This document shows, in pieces, positions 27,790 to 35,930 of a DNA stretch of 64,000 nt. This stretch comes from Erysipelotrichaceae bacterium (GTDB taxonomy: Bacteria; Bacillota_I; Bacilli_A; Erysipelotrichales; Erysipelotrichaceae), in contig JAAXXT010000007.1 in NCBI GenBank assembly GCA_013334325.1, positions 7,983 to 71,982 on the forward strand, in the 5' to 3' direction. How positions within the stretch are numbered: the first letter of the stretch is position 1; every line of letters starts with the position of its first letter. The notes below the pieces were generated by a model. That model made no database searches and was not told where the DNA came from. It was given only the letters and a program-made list of their open reading frames with translations. A program made the translations under genes and the position numbers.

Positions 27790-29111
27790 AGCTTCTCTTT
27801 TCTGACTTCAAATCGTTTATATTTGGAGTTATCTTTTGGAATAGATAAGGATTCTACTTTGATGTGTAGATGAGGATGAATCTTAAAAGCTTCAAATTCA
27901 CTAAGTAAACGTTTCCTAAGAGATTCTATCAATTGAGTTTGATCACCTGGATGAAGACAATCGATGCTTAAGTCAAACTCATTGACGTCACTTTGGATGG
28001 CTTTGAATTCACGTATCTCATTACTTGTGGTGATGATCCAACGACTGATCAGATCAGGAAAGACATGTTGCAAAGTATGATCTGAGGTCATAAACATCAT
28101 CACATCATCTTGTCTACCGATCACATGGTCTAAGACACGGTAATGGGAACCGCAAGGACAGGATTCTTTTAGAACCACCCAATCATTCATTCGATACCTA
28201 AACAAAGGCTGTACCTCATTGATTAGGTTCGTAATGACCAATTGCCCAGGGATTCCAGCTTCAGTTACCTTATCACCCTTTAGATCATAGAGTTCTGCAA
28301 AGATCAAATCTTCATTTAGATGAAGATTCCCTGCTTTACAAGCTGAGGCAACCTGTCCCTCTGATGCTTGATAGATCTCAATGACTTTACATCCAAAGAA
28401 GTGAGTAAACTTTTCTTTCTCTTCTTTGGTCAAGACTTCTGCGTAACATACGATACAACTTAGTTTAGTTTTGATCTGATCTCGATGAGGTAAAAGTAAC
28501 CTAACGAAACTAGGAGGAGCCATCAACACATTGATTTTCTTTGAGTTGAGGTCTTCTATGACCTTTTCTATTGGAGTCATCGTAGAAACATAATTCAATT
28601 TGATCAAAGGACTATTGATGTCTGCGAAGCCTTGAGAGAATACCCTTAAACAAAACATGATCCTAAACGGTAGATATCTTAAAGATAATCCACTTCGAGC
28701 TAAAAACACAAAAGGCAAACGTTTCGTTAAAGCTTTATCGGTAAGATAAAGCCCTTTATTCCCACTGGTACCACTGGATAGACCTACCACATATCGATCA
28801 TTAAAGTAGCCCGTAAAATCTTTACGAGCTTCCTTATCTAAGGCAAAAGCTTCTACTTCAGATCTTTTTAGCCCTGCAGTATTGATTGAATCGAAGTTAT
28901 CCATCAAGATCGTCTTATTCATTAAAGGTAAACGATAGAAATCTTCCCAGTCCTTAAGTCCATCTTTAGGATCCAATTGAGCGTAATAAGGCGCAGAAGC
29001 TTGAGCTTTTGCGTATAAACCTTGGATACTTTTAAACTGCATGGCTTTAATTTGTTTAGTGGAATAAAACTTAAACCCAAACTGAAGCCTAAAATAATCG
29101 ATGAAGCCCAT
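27786..29111 (-). CDS. adenylate-forming enzyme of the phenylacetate-CoA ligase / coenzyme F390 synthetase-like clade
   Basis: 441 aa. SSGTSGNKG phosphate-loop motif and YQASEG, with a length and layout like PaaK/F390-synthetase relatives. Substrate unknown. Confidence 0.65.
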   Translation of the reverse strand: MGFIDYFRLQFGFKFYSTKQIKAMQFKSIQGLYAKAQASAPYYAQLDPKDGLKDWEDFYRLPLMNKTILMDNFDSINTAGLKRSEVEAFALDKEARKDFTGYFNDRYVVGLSSGTSGNKGLYLTDKALTKRLPFVFLARSGLSLRYLPFRIMFCLRVFSQGFADINSPLIKLNYVSTMTPIEKVIEDLNSKKINVLMAPPSFVRLLLPHRDQIKTKLSCIVCYAEVLTKEEKEKFTHFFGCKVIEIYQASEGQVASACKAGNLHLNEDLIFAELYDLKGDKVTEAGIPGQLVITNLINEVQPLFRYRMNDWVVLKESCPCGSHYRVLDHVIGRQDDVMMFMTSDHTLQHVFPDLISRWIITTSNEIREFKAIQSDVNEFDLSIDCLHPGDQTQLIESLRKRLLSEFEAFKIHPHLHIKVESLSIPKDNSKYKRFEVRKEKL

Positions 29112-29112
29112 C

Positions 29113-30327
29113 TTATCCTTCGAGCTTTTTCAGTTTTTCGCTGGTGGCTGTCTTATTAAGAGATCTACTCATGAGATCTTCGATCCCAAAACGATAGTTC
29201 TTCTTTTCCCATAGAATCAAAACCAAACCCCAAATGATGGCTAAACATAGTCCAAAGATCAACGCACCTGGAATATCCAAAGTGATGGTTACCCCAAACA
29301 TCTTCATGATTTGACGAATGGATGCACTTACGATACTCTCAACGAAGAAGACAGTTAAGCCTCCTTTAGAATAGCGACTAAAGAAACGTGAGATCGGTTT
29401 AAGTGGATGTTTCTTAAAATCAAACCAATTGAGCATGCCTACGATCAACAAGGCAAATAGACCCAATTGAGCCATCATGATGGCAAACCAAACAGGATCG
29501 ATCGCTCTTTGAAGCATCGTATCAGGTAAAGTAATGTAGAAGAAGACGCCTAAGACAAAGAGCACAGTGCCTACACTGATGCCTTTCAGATTGAAGTGTT
29601 TATCTTTCTCAAGGATCATGTATGCCAACCACATTCCCATAAGCGCAAAAGAGAAATAAGGCAAAATAGGATTATTCTTATTGACCAACCAATTAAGTGG
29701 TAAGATCACAGACCAGTTCAAACTGTCTCTACCTTCTAGATAAATATTATATAAAGGAATTCTAACCAATGATAAGGCAAAGAAAAGCACGGTCAAAGCT
29801 AAGAGTAACCAAGATTTCTTTTTAAGTTTCATTACTTTATTTAAAAGTAGATACAATAAACCAACCAATAAGATATTCATAGAGATCATTACCAATGAAT
29901 CGATGTATAGGAATCGATCCAGACTCGGTAATATCAAAGTTCCTGTATTGATCAAATGGACCAAGATACTTTCATCCATAGATCTTTCTGCCATATTTAC
30001 GATACCAGGACCTGTCACATTGAAATAGAGATAGGCAACCAACATCATCCATCCAAAAGACATCAAGATGTATTTTAGGATGACTTTAGGATCAAGTTTA
30101 TATTCACTCGTTTTTCTTTCATATTGTAGGGTATGAACCAATCCACTGATCATCGCAAACAAGCCCGCAAACATCAACATCAACCCTATAATGGTGACTG
30201 TGATTGGAGGATTGTCTAAATCTAAATCATAGAGTCCGCTAAAATGATAAAAGGCGGTATGCATCATTACCAAAACAAAAATTCCGAAGCCTCTGAGCAC
30301 GTCTAATCCGGCATAGTTCTTTTTCAT
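29113..30327 (-). CDS. polytopic membrane protein, DUF1624/HGSNAT-like acyltransferase family (tentative)
   Basis: 404 aa with roughly ten or more hydrophobic spans. The N-terminal GLDVLRGFGIFVLVMMH resembles the conserved first helix of DUF1624 / acyltransferase-3-like proteins. SD GAGG 7 nt upstream. Confidence 0.5.
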   Translation of the reverse strand: MKKNYAGLDVLRGFGIFVLVMMHTAFYHFSGLYDLDLDNPPITVTIIGLMLMFAGLFAMISGLVHTLQYERKTSEYKLDPKVILKYILMSFGWMMLVAYLYFNVTGPGIVNMAERSMDESILVHLINTGTLILPSLDRFLYIDSLVMISMNILLVGLLYLLLNKVMKLKKKSWLLLALTVLFFALSLVRIPLYNIYLEGRDSLNWSVILPLNWLVNKNNPILPYFSFALMGMWLAYMILEKDKHFNLKGISVGTVLFVLGVFFYITLPDTMLQRAIDPVWFAIMMAQLGLFALLIVGMLNWFDFKKHPLKPISRFFSRYSKGGLTVFFVESIVSASIRQIMKMFGVTITLDIPGALIFGLCLAIIWGLVLILWEKKNYRFGIEDLMSRSLNKTATSEKLKKLEG

Positions 30328-30394
30328 AAGTTTCCTCTATCTTCATCATATCATACCTTAGTCCTCCTGAAATCTACCATTATCCAATATAAAA

Positions 30395-30410
30395 GGATGC
30401 CTAAGCATCC
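30395..30410 (-). terminator. rho-independent terminator after the amino-acid ABC operon
   Basis: On the minus strand, GGATGC / ttag / GCATCC followed by TTTTATATT. The stem overlaps the last codons. Confidence 0.55.
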
Positions 30411-31096
30411 ACCTTCTTAAAATATGATGAAGCAGCTTCATCTGCTTTGATTTGGCCTTCTTCTAAGATAATTACTCTTTGAGACAAGGCTTTCGCAAAA
30501 CTCATATCATGAGTGATCAAAATCAAGGTCAAACCCATTAAATGTAAATCTTTTAGGATATCGATGACCTTTTGGGTATTCTCTGAATCTAATGAAGAGG
30601 TCGGTTCATCGATAAGCAAGACACTTGGTTTTAGGATAAGTGCACGACCGATTGCGATTCGCTGTTGTTGGCCTCCTGAACATTTATAGGGATATTTCTC
30701 AGCTTGATCTTCTAAACCAAGAGATTTTAGAATAAGCATCGCTTCTTCACGAGCATTCTTCATTGATACTTTGGTTCTTAAATGATAAGGCAAGGCTAAA
30801 TTATCGATGACAGTCCTATGCATAAACAGGTTGAATTCTTGAAATACTACACCCAGTTCAGATGAGATCTCTTTTGAACGTTTCCCATTTAGATAAGCTG
30901 CTTTAGATTCTATCTCATAGCTTCCTTCTTTAAAAGGCAATAGACCACTTAAGATCTTAAGTAAAGTTGTCTTTCCACTTCCAGACAGACCCAGTAGACC
31001 TACGATCTCACCTTGATCGATACTAAATGAGATCTGATCGAGCACTTTAACTTCTTCATAGGCATAGTTTAGATTCTTTACAGTGATTAGATTCAT
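30401..31096 (-). CDS. amino-acid ABC transporter ATP-binding protein (GlnQ-like)
   Basis: 231 aa. Walker A GLSGSGKTT, signature SGGQQQR, Walker B LLIDEPTS. Confidence 0.9.
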   Translation of the reverse strand: MNLITVKNLNYAYEEVKVLDQISFSIDQGEIVGLLGLSGSGKTTLLKILSGLLPFKEGSYEIESKAAYLNGKRSKEISSELGVVFQEFNLFMHRTVIDNLALPYHLRTKVSMKNAREEAMLILKSLGLEDQAEKYPYKCSGGQQQRIAIGRALILKPSVLLIDEPTSSLDSENTQKVIDILKDLHLMGLTLILITHDMSFAKALSQRVIILEEGQIKADEAASSYFKKVDA

Positions 31097-31734
31097 CGTT
31101 GAACCAAGAGTTTCTTTTCGAATTGTTTTCCAATAAAGACTACAGCTAAACTAAAGATCAAATATAGACCTCCTGCGATAAACAAGGCGTCTACTCGCAT
31201 GTCTTTCGCAACTATTTCTTTTGCGTTTCTCAACATCTCTCCTAAGGCAATGGCCGCAAGTAGAGAGGTATCTTTCACTAAGGTAATTGCTTCGTTGATT
31301 AAAGGCAATAAAGTATTTCTAAACATCGTCGGTAAGATGATGTACCATACGGTTTGGATCTTACTGAGACCCAAGACTTCTGCGGCTTGCCACTGCCCTT
31401 TAGGGATGATGGCCAATCCACTTCTAAAGATCTCTGTAAAATAAGCCGCATAATTGATGATAAAGGTAATGGCCCCAGCCGCAAAACGATCCATTCTCAT
31501 AGGAAACAATAGAGGAAGTCCATACATCGTCACATAGAGTTGAAGTAATAAGGGTGTTCCTCTTATGATCCAAGTAAAGACACTGATGACTTTTCTAGCT
31601 CCTTTGATAAGATCCGCCATTAAACCAATCATCATTCCTAGTGGTAAGGCAAAGATCATCGTTAAGGCATAAACACTGATGGATATGGCAAACCCGTCCA
31701 TAAGGACGGGGAATATTTCTAGCCAGTAAGTCAT
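31093..31734 (-). CDS. amino-acid ABC transporter permease (His/Glu/Gln/Arg/opine family)
   Basis: 213 aa with 5 predicted spans. EAA-like loop EVLGLSKIQTVWYIILP. Confidence 0.9.
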   Translation of the reverse strand: MTYWLEIFPVLMDGFAISISVYALTMIFALPLGMMIGLMADLIKGARKVISVFTWIIRGTPLLLQLYVTMYGLPLLFPMRMDRFAAGAITFIINYAAYFTEIFRSGLAIIPKGQWQAAEVLGLSKIQTVWYIILPTMFRNTLLPLINEAITLVKDTSLLAAIALGEMLRNAKEIVAKDMRVDALFIAGGLYLIFSLAVVFIGKQFEKKLLVQR

Positions 31735-31735
31735 A

Positions 31736-32518
31736 TTAACGGGTTAAGAGGTCTTCCCCAAACCATAGAATGGAGATTTCAGCTGCTGTCCCATCTTCGA
31801 TCATCGCATCGATCGTCTCATCGATCTTATCGCGTAAAGCCACATCGCTTAAACGGAAACCGATCCCATAGTTTTCAGAGTTGAAGACTTCTGAAGCCAC
31901 ACGATACTTTGAGGCATCTTTTGAGATCGCATATCGAGCGAAGATTTCATCCGCAACGATCGCATCAATGTTTCCTGCGTTAAGATCCAAGACAGCTTCT
32001 GAAATCGAAGTAAACTTAACTTCTTCGCTTAAAGAAGCAAAGACCGCATTTTTTTCTAGAGCTTCTTGACCAGAGGAAGCCAATTCTACACCTACTTTTA
32101 GACCAGTGAGATCCGCAATCGAGGCTGTCGCTTTATCGCTTAAGGTCATGATGACGATACGATTGTTGAAGTAAGGTTTAGAGAATAGGATCTCTTTCTC
32201 ACGATCAGCAGTAATGGTCAAACCATTCCAAATGACATCGATGTTTTTATTGTTGAGCTCCATAACTTTTGAATCCCAATCAATGATCTGAAAGACAGCG
32301 TCGATTCCTAAACGATCACAAACTTCTTGAGCGATCGCGATATCAAAGCCAGTAACTTTCCCATTGTCGGTAAAGCCCATAGGTGGGTATTCCGTATAAC
32401 CGATGACCAGTTTCCCATCATCCATAACAGTCTTTAAACTATTGTCTGTGGTTGGTTTTACGGTACATCCTGTGACCAATAAGACAACCAAACTTAAACT
32501 CAGTAATTTTTTAAACAT
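31736..32518 (-). CDS. amino-acid ABC transporter substrate-binding lipoprotein (family 3)
   Basis: 260 aa from the ATG at 32518 (GGAGA 7 nt upstream). The track start 32536 is a TTG. Lipobox LLVTGC. GFDIAIAQEV and NGLTIT motifs of polar amino-acid binding proteins. Confidence 0.9.
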   Translation of the reverse strand: MFKKLLSLSLVVLLVTGCTVKPTTDNSLKTVMDDGKLVIGYTEYPPMGFTDNGKVTGFDIAIAQEVCDRLGIDAVFQIIDWDSKVMELNNKNIDVIWNGLTITADREKEILFSKPYFNNRIVIMTLSDKATASIADLTGLKVGVELASSGQEALEKNAVFASLSEEVKFTSISEAVLDLNAGNIDAIVADEIFARYAISKDASKYRVASEVFNSENYGIGFRLSDVALRDKIDETIDAMIEDGTAAEISILWFGEDLLTR

Positions 32519-32549
32519 ACATGTTCTCCGTTTCAATGAAGACAGTATA

Positions 32550-32581
32550 CTTTAATACTTTATCATTGTAAAGTATTAAAG
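32550..32581. promoter_or_regulatory. perfect 13-bp inverted repeat (6-nt spacer), candidate operator upstream of the amino-acid ABC operon
   Basis: CTTTAATACTTTA tcattg TAAAGTATTAAAG. It abuts a TATACT -10-like hexamer (32544-32549, minus strand). Its 18-bp core matches 16/18 with 33316-33333. Confidence 0.5.
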
Positions 32582-32637
32582 CAATTATTTATCATTTTTT
32601 TATAGATTCACTCTTCTTTTTAGAAATTTCATTAAAA

Positions 32638-32656
32638 AGCGAGATGTTATCTCGCT
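32638..32656 (-). terminator. rho-independent terminator after the yerC-like operon
   Basis: On the minus strand, AGCGAGAT / aac / ATCTCGCT followed by TTTTTAATG. Confidence 0.65.
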
Positions 32657-32978
32657 AATTACTTCCAGATAAGGCGTAGATCTGGTATTGTCCATTGGAT
32701 AGTTTTAGATAAATCAACACCGGAATTATATTCCCTTTGGGTTCGCTCATATATAAGTTCTTCCCTGCCCATACCCATGTCGATATCGCATATTCAGGTT
32801 TCTCTGATTCACTCATGTTTATAGGTTCTAGATTAGAGATATAATAACGACGTCCAAAACACTCTATCCGATCCGGATTACTCAATGGATTCCATATCCC
32901 AAAAGCCCAACGATTTCCTAGGATTACTAAAACGACGATAGTCATTAATATCCATATCATTTTTTTATACTTTTTCAT
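32655..32978 (-). CDS. small membrane-anchored protein, unknown function
   Basis: 107 aa with an N-terminal hydrophobic helix (MIWILMTIVVLVILG). GGGGGA SD. 28 nt downstream of the yerC-like gene. No family recognised. Confidence 0.5.
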   Translation of the reverse strand: MKKYKKMIWILMTIVVLVILGNRWAFGIWNPLSNPDRIECFGRRYYISNLEPINMSESEKPEYAISTWVWAGKNLYMSEPKGNIIPVLIYLKLSNGQYQIYALSGSN

Positions 32979-33006
32979 TTAGCTTCCCCCATTTATTAGT
33001 TTACTT

Positions 33007-33279
33007 CTACTTCTTTAAAAGGATATTCTTATATCCTCCATTACCGTGTTGTAGACAACGATTTACACGAGATATGGTGGCTGAACTCATTTTCGTTTTA
33101 GCTTCAATAGATTCATAGGTTTCTTTCGCCATAAGCAACTTGGCGACTGTTAAACGATCTGCCATATCATTGATCTCATTGATCGTACAAAGATCATCGA
33201 AAAAGTCATAACACTCTTCGATGGTTTCTAACTTTAATATCGTTTCAAACAATTCATCTACTTTGATATCTTTTCTCAT
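33007..33279 (-). CDS. TrpR-related YerC/YecD-family DNA-binding protein
   Basis: 90 aa. The layout EECYDFFDDLCTINEI..MADRL.VAKLL....TY..I...T..S.ATISRV.RCL..G.GGY is the YerC/YecD signature as I recall it. Confidence 0.8.
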   Translation of the reverse strand: MRKDIKVDELFETILKLETIEECYDFFDDLCTINEINDMADRLTVAKLLMAKETYESIEAKTKMSSATISRVNRCLQHGNGGYKNILLKK

Positions 33280-33315
33280 GAGGACCTCGTTTAATACTTG
33301 TAAATTCAGTTTAAC

Positions 33316-33333
33316 ACTTTATCTTCGTAAAGT
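33316..33333. promoter_or_regulatory. 18-bp palindrome-like site upstream of the yerC-like gene, related to 32550-32581
   Basis: ACTTTA tcttcg TAAAGT. A further shared 10-mer TTTAATACTT lies at 33290-33299 (compare 32551-32560). Confidence 0.45.
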
Positions 33334-33341
33334 CATACCTA

Positions 33342-33367
33342 ATAAAAAAAACCGGATTTCTCCGGTT
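33342..33367 (-). terminator. rho-independent terminator after the oxidoreductase gamma subunit gene
   Basis: On the minus strand, AACCGGA / gaaa / TCCGGTT followed by TTTTTTTATT. Confidence 0.8.
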
Positions 33368-33372
33368 AGTGT

Positions 33373-33912
33373 TCAGCTAATATCGTAAGCTTTCTCAAAG
33401 GCTTTTTGATTGAGTAAGGTCAACTCAGGATTCTTCTTCCCAAACTTTTCTTCGATGATATCTAAACCATCTTGTTTATTGAAGATATCCATATGAGCCG
33501 CTAAAGTTCCTAAAGCAGCCATATTTTGAACTTTAGGATTTCCAACTTCTTGAGCGATCGCATTGAAGTCTGCTTTTAGGATATGTACATCAGATGGAAC
33601 ATCCTTTGTATCTACCAAAGCTGAGTTCACGATCAACCAAGCACCTTTTTCTAGTTTAGGTTGAAACTTCGTAAGCGCCATTTGATTCATGGCTAAGAGT
33701 AAAGTTATGCCTTCAGAGACGATAGGAGAAGCGATCTCTGCTTCATCGATGACGACTTGGCAATTGGCGGTTCCGCCACGCATCTCAGGTCCATAAGAAG
33801 GCATCCAACTTGTATTGAAACCTTTCTTCATGGCCATTAAAGCTACCATTTGACCCATCGATAAGACACCTTGTCCACCAAAACCAGCACAGACCATTTT
33901 TACTGTTTTCAT
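33373..33912 (-). CDS. 2-oxoacid:ferredoxin oxidoreductase gamma subunit
   Basis: 179 aa. GFGGQGVLS motif typical of POR/VOR/KOR gamma subunits. Confidence 0.9.
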   Translation of the reverse strand: MKTVKMVCAGFGGQGVLSMGQMVALMAMKKGFNTSWMPSYGPEMRGGTANCQVVIDEAEIASPIVSEGITLLLAMNQMALTKFQPKLEKGAWLIVNSALVDTKDVPSDVHILKADFNAIAQEVGNPKVQNMAALGTLAAHMDIFNKQDGLDIIEEKFGKKNPELTLLNQKAFEKAYDIS

Positions 33913-34655
33913 TCTGCTTTCCCCTTATCTTTATATACGCCTAATGGGAAATAAGGAGCCATTCTTTCTTTGATGTATTTTAATGAATCTACTGGACTAA
34001 GTCCCCAACCGATATTACATGAGGATAAGACCTCAACCATGGAGAATCCTTTCCCATCGACTTGATTCTGGAAAGCTTTCTTAATGGCAGTTTTCGCTTT
34101 ACGTACGCTGACTGGATCTGCGGTCATGACACGTTCTACATAATAGGTCCCAGGAATCGTCGCGATCAATTCGCTCATCTTGATGGGTTCACCTTGAGTC
34201 TTCACATCTCTTCCATAAGGAGAAGTCGTTGTGATTTGACCTGGTAAGGTCGTAGGTGCCATTTGGCCACCTGTCATCCCATAGATCGCATTGTTGACGA
34301 AGATGACTGTGATGTTTTCTCCACGATGGGCTGCTTGAACGATTTCACCTGTTCCGATAGACGCTAAGTCACCATCACCTTGATAGGTAAATACGATTGA
34401 ATCTGGACGAACACGTTTGACGCCTGTCGCAACCGCTGGTGCACGACCATGAGCTGCTTGGATACAATCGGTATTGAAGAAATCATAGGCCATGACTGAA
34501 CAACCTACTGATGCGATCAATACTGAACGATCTAAGATATTGAGTTCTTCTAAGACTTCAGCTACTAAACGATGAATGATCCCGTGTGTACAACCAGGAC
34601 AATAGGTAAGAGGTTTATTGGTTAGACCTTTGGTCTTTTTAAATACTACTGTCAT
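33909..34655 (-). CDS. 2-oxoacid:ferredoxin oxidoreductase beta subunit (TPP-binding)
   Basis: 248 aa. CPGCTHG and GDGD....G motifs. Confidence 0.9.
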   Translation of the reverse strand: MTVVFKKTKGLTNKPLTYCPGCTHGIIHRLVAEVLEELNILDRSVLIASVGCSVMAYDFFNTDCIQAAHGRAPAVATGVKRVRPDSIVFTYQGDGDLASIGTGEIVQAAHRGENITVIFVNNAIYGMTGGQMAPTTLPGQITTTSPYGRDVKTQGEPIKMSELIATIPGTYYVERVMTADPVSVRKAKTAIKKAFQNQVDGKGFSMVEVLSSCNIGWGLSPVDSLKYIKERMAPYFPLGVYKDKGKAE

Positions 34656-34656
34656 A

Positions 34657-35712
34657 TTACTTCCCTCCTAAATGCGATTTGACCGCATCGACGATTTCTT
34701 GTGGTTCGAATATGACCCCACCAGTACGTCCATAGAAGTGAACAGGGACAAGTCCATTGACTGCGAGCTTGACATCGACGATCATTTGACCCATAGAGAG
34801 TTCTGTCACTAAGACAAACTTAACTGATTTTGAGGCTTCATGAAGGGCATCAAATGGATAAGGAACCAAAGTCTTAGGTCTAAATAACCCTGCTTTGATG
34901 CCTTCTTCTCTTAAGGTCTTGATGGCTGATTTTACGATACGAGAAGGTGTCCCATAGGCAACGATCAAAACTTCCGCATCATCACAGAGATACTTCTCAT
35001 AATCGGTCTCGTTTTTAGCGATCTCAAGGTATTTATTGTTTAAAAGGATATTATGATCTTCTAGTTCATAAGGATCCAAATGCATAGAATTGACCATATT
35101 GGTATGAGCACGTTTGCCTTGACCTGTTGCGGCCCATAGATTAGGTGCTTTAGGGATAGGTGTGGTATCGATCTCCACCGGTTCCATCATTTGTCCGATG
35201 ATCCCATCGGCCATGACCATGACAGGAATACGATAAGAATCAGCGAGCTTAAACGCATGACGAACCATATCTGTGGCTTCTTGAACCCCATTAGGCGCTA
35301 AAACGATGACACGATAATCCCCGTTGCCTCCTCCACGAGTGGCTTGGTTATAATCGCCTTGAGAAGGTAAAATACCTCCTAAACCAGGACCTCCTCTAGA
35401 GATCGACACGATAACGACAGGTAGTTGAGCCCCTGCACAATAGGAAATACCTTCTTGTTTAAGCGCAATACCTGGAGATGAAGATGAGGTCATAACTCGA
35501 GCACCTGCAGCGGCTGCCCCATAGACCATATTGATGGCAGCTAATTCGCTTTCAGCTTGAACGAAAACACCACCGCTTTTAGCGAGGTATTTAGACATGT
35601 ATTCTGGAACTTCATTTTGAGGGGTGATCGGATAACCGAAGAAACCTTCACATCCTGCAGAAATGGCAGCTTGGGCAATGGCTTCATTGCCTTTCATCAA
35701 AACTTTTCCCAT
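34657..35712 (-). CDS. 2-oxoacid:ferredoxin oxidoreductase alpha subunit
   Basis: 351 aa from the ATG at 35712 (MGKVLMKGNEAIAQAA). TAATG overlap with the delta-subunit stop. The track start 35802 lies inside the delta gene and was rejected. Confidence 0.9.
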   Translation of the reverse strand: MGKVLMKGNEAIAQAAISAGCEGFFGYPITPQNEVPEYMSKYLAKSGGVFVQAESELAAINMVYGAAAAGARVMTSSSSPGIALKQEGISYCAGAQLPVVIVSISRGGPGLGGILPSQGDYNQATRGGGNGDYRVIVLAPNGVQEATDMVRHAFKLADSYRIPVMVMADGIIGQMMEPVEIDTTPIPKAPNLWAATGQGKRAHTNMVNSMHLDPYELEDHNILLNNKYLEIAKNETDYEKYLCDDAEVLIVAYGTPSRIVKSAIKTLREEGIKAGLFRPKTLVPYPFDALHEASKSVKFVLVTELSMGQMIVDVKLAVNGLVPVHFYGRTGGVIFEPQEIVDAVKSHLGGK

Positions 35713-35930
35713 TAGATGTCCAACCTTTCTACAGTGATGACTGAATCTGGACACATCAGTGCACAATTGGTGCATGCGATGCATTTCTCTTGATCGATAC
35801 AATAGGCTGGATTATACCCGATCTTATTGACCTTGGAGAGATCCAAAGCTAAGATTTTCATCGGACAGGCACTTACACATAGGCCACATCCTTTACAGGT
35901 ATCATTATCGAAACTAACTCTGCCTTTCAT
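35712..35930 (-). CDS. 2-oxoacid:ferredoxin oxidoreductase delta subunit (2x[4Fe-4S] ferredoxin-like)
   Basis: 72 aa from the ATG at 35930 (AAAGGAGAAA SD; ATGA overlap with the upstream stop). Two CxxCxxCxxxCP motifs (CKGCGLCVSACP, CIACTNCALMCP). Confidence 0.85.
   Translation of the reverse strand: MKGRVSFDNDTCKGCGLCVSACPMKILALDLSKVNKIGYNPAYCIDQEKCIACTNCALMCPDSVITVERLDI

Noticed and set aside
32550-32581. Interpreting the 13-bp inverted repeat as a transcription terminator
   Set aside because: The stem is almost entirely A/T. A separate GC-containing terminator already follows the upstream gene at 32638-32656. I see no terminator-like U-tract after the stem in the direction of transcription. 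A DNA operator is more plausible, although an RNA role is not excluded.
32537-32654. T-box or amino-acid riboswitch leader upstream of the amino-acid ABC operon
   Set aside because: Only about 118 nt are available. Part of that is the terminator of the upstream gene, and I see no specifier-loop/T-box or other riboswitch core motifs.
35713-35802. Track extensions of several genes: oxidoreductase alpha to 35802, delta to 35951, ptb to 39762, korB-like to 47152, dsbA to 57447, CCP-family gene to 58091, OB-fold gene to 62941, binding protein to 32536
   Set aside because: In each case an internal ATG preceded by a good SD gives the family-typical N-terminus or signal peptide. The extension overlaps the upstream gene or a terminator, and some track starts are non-ATG codons shown as M.
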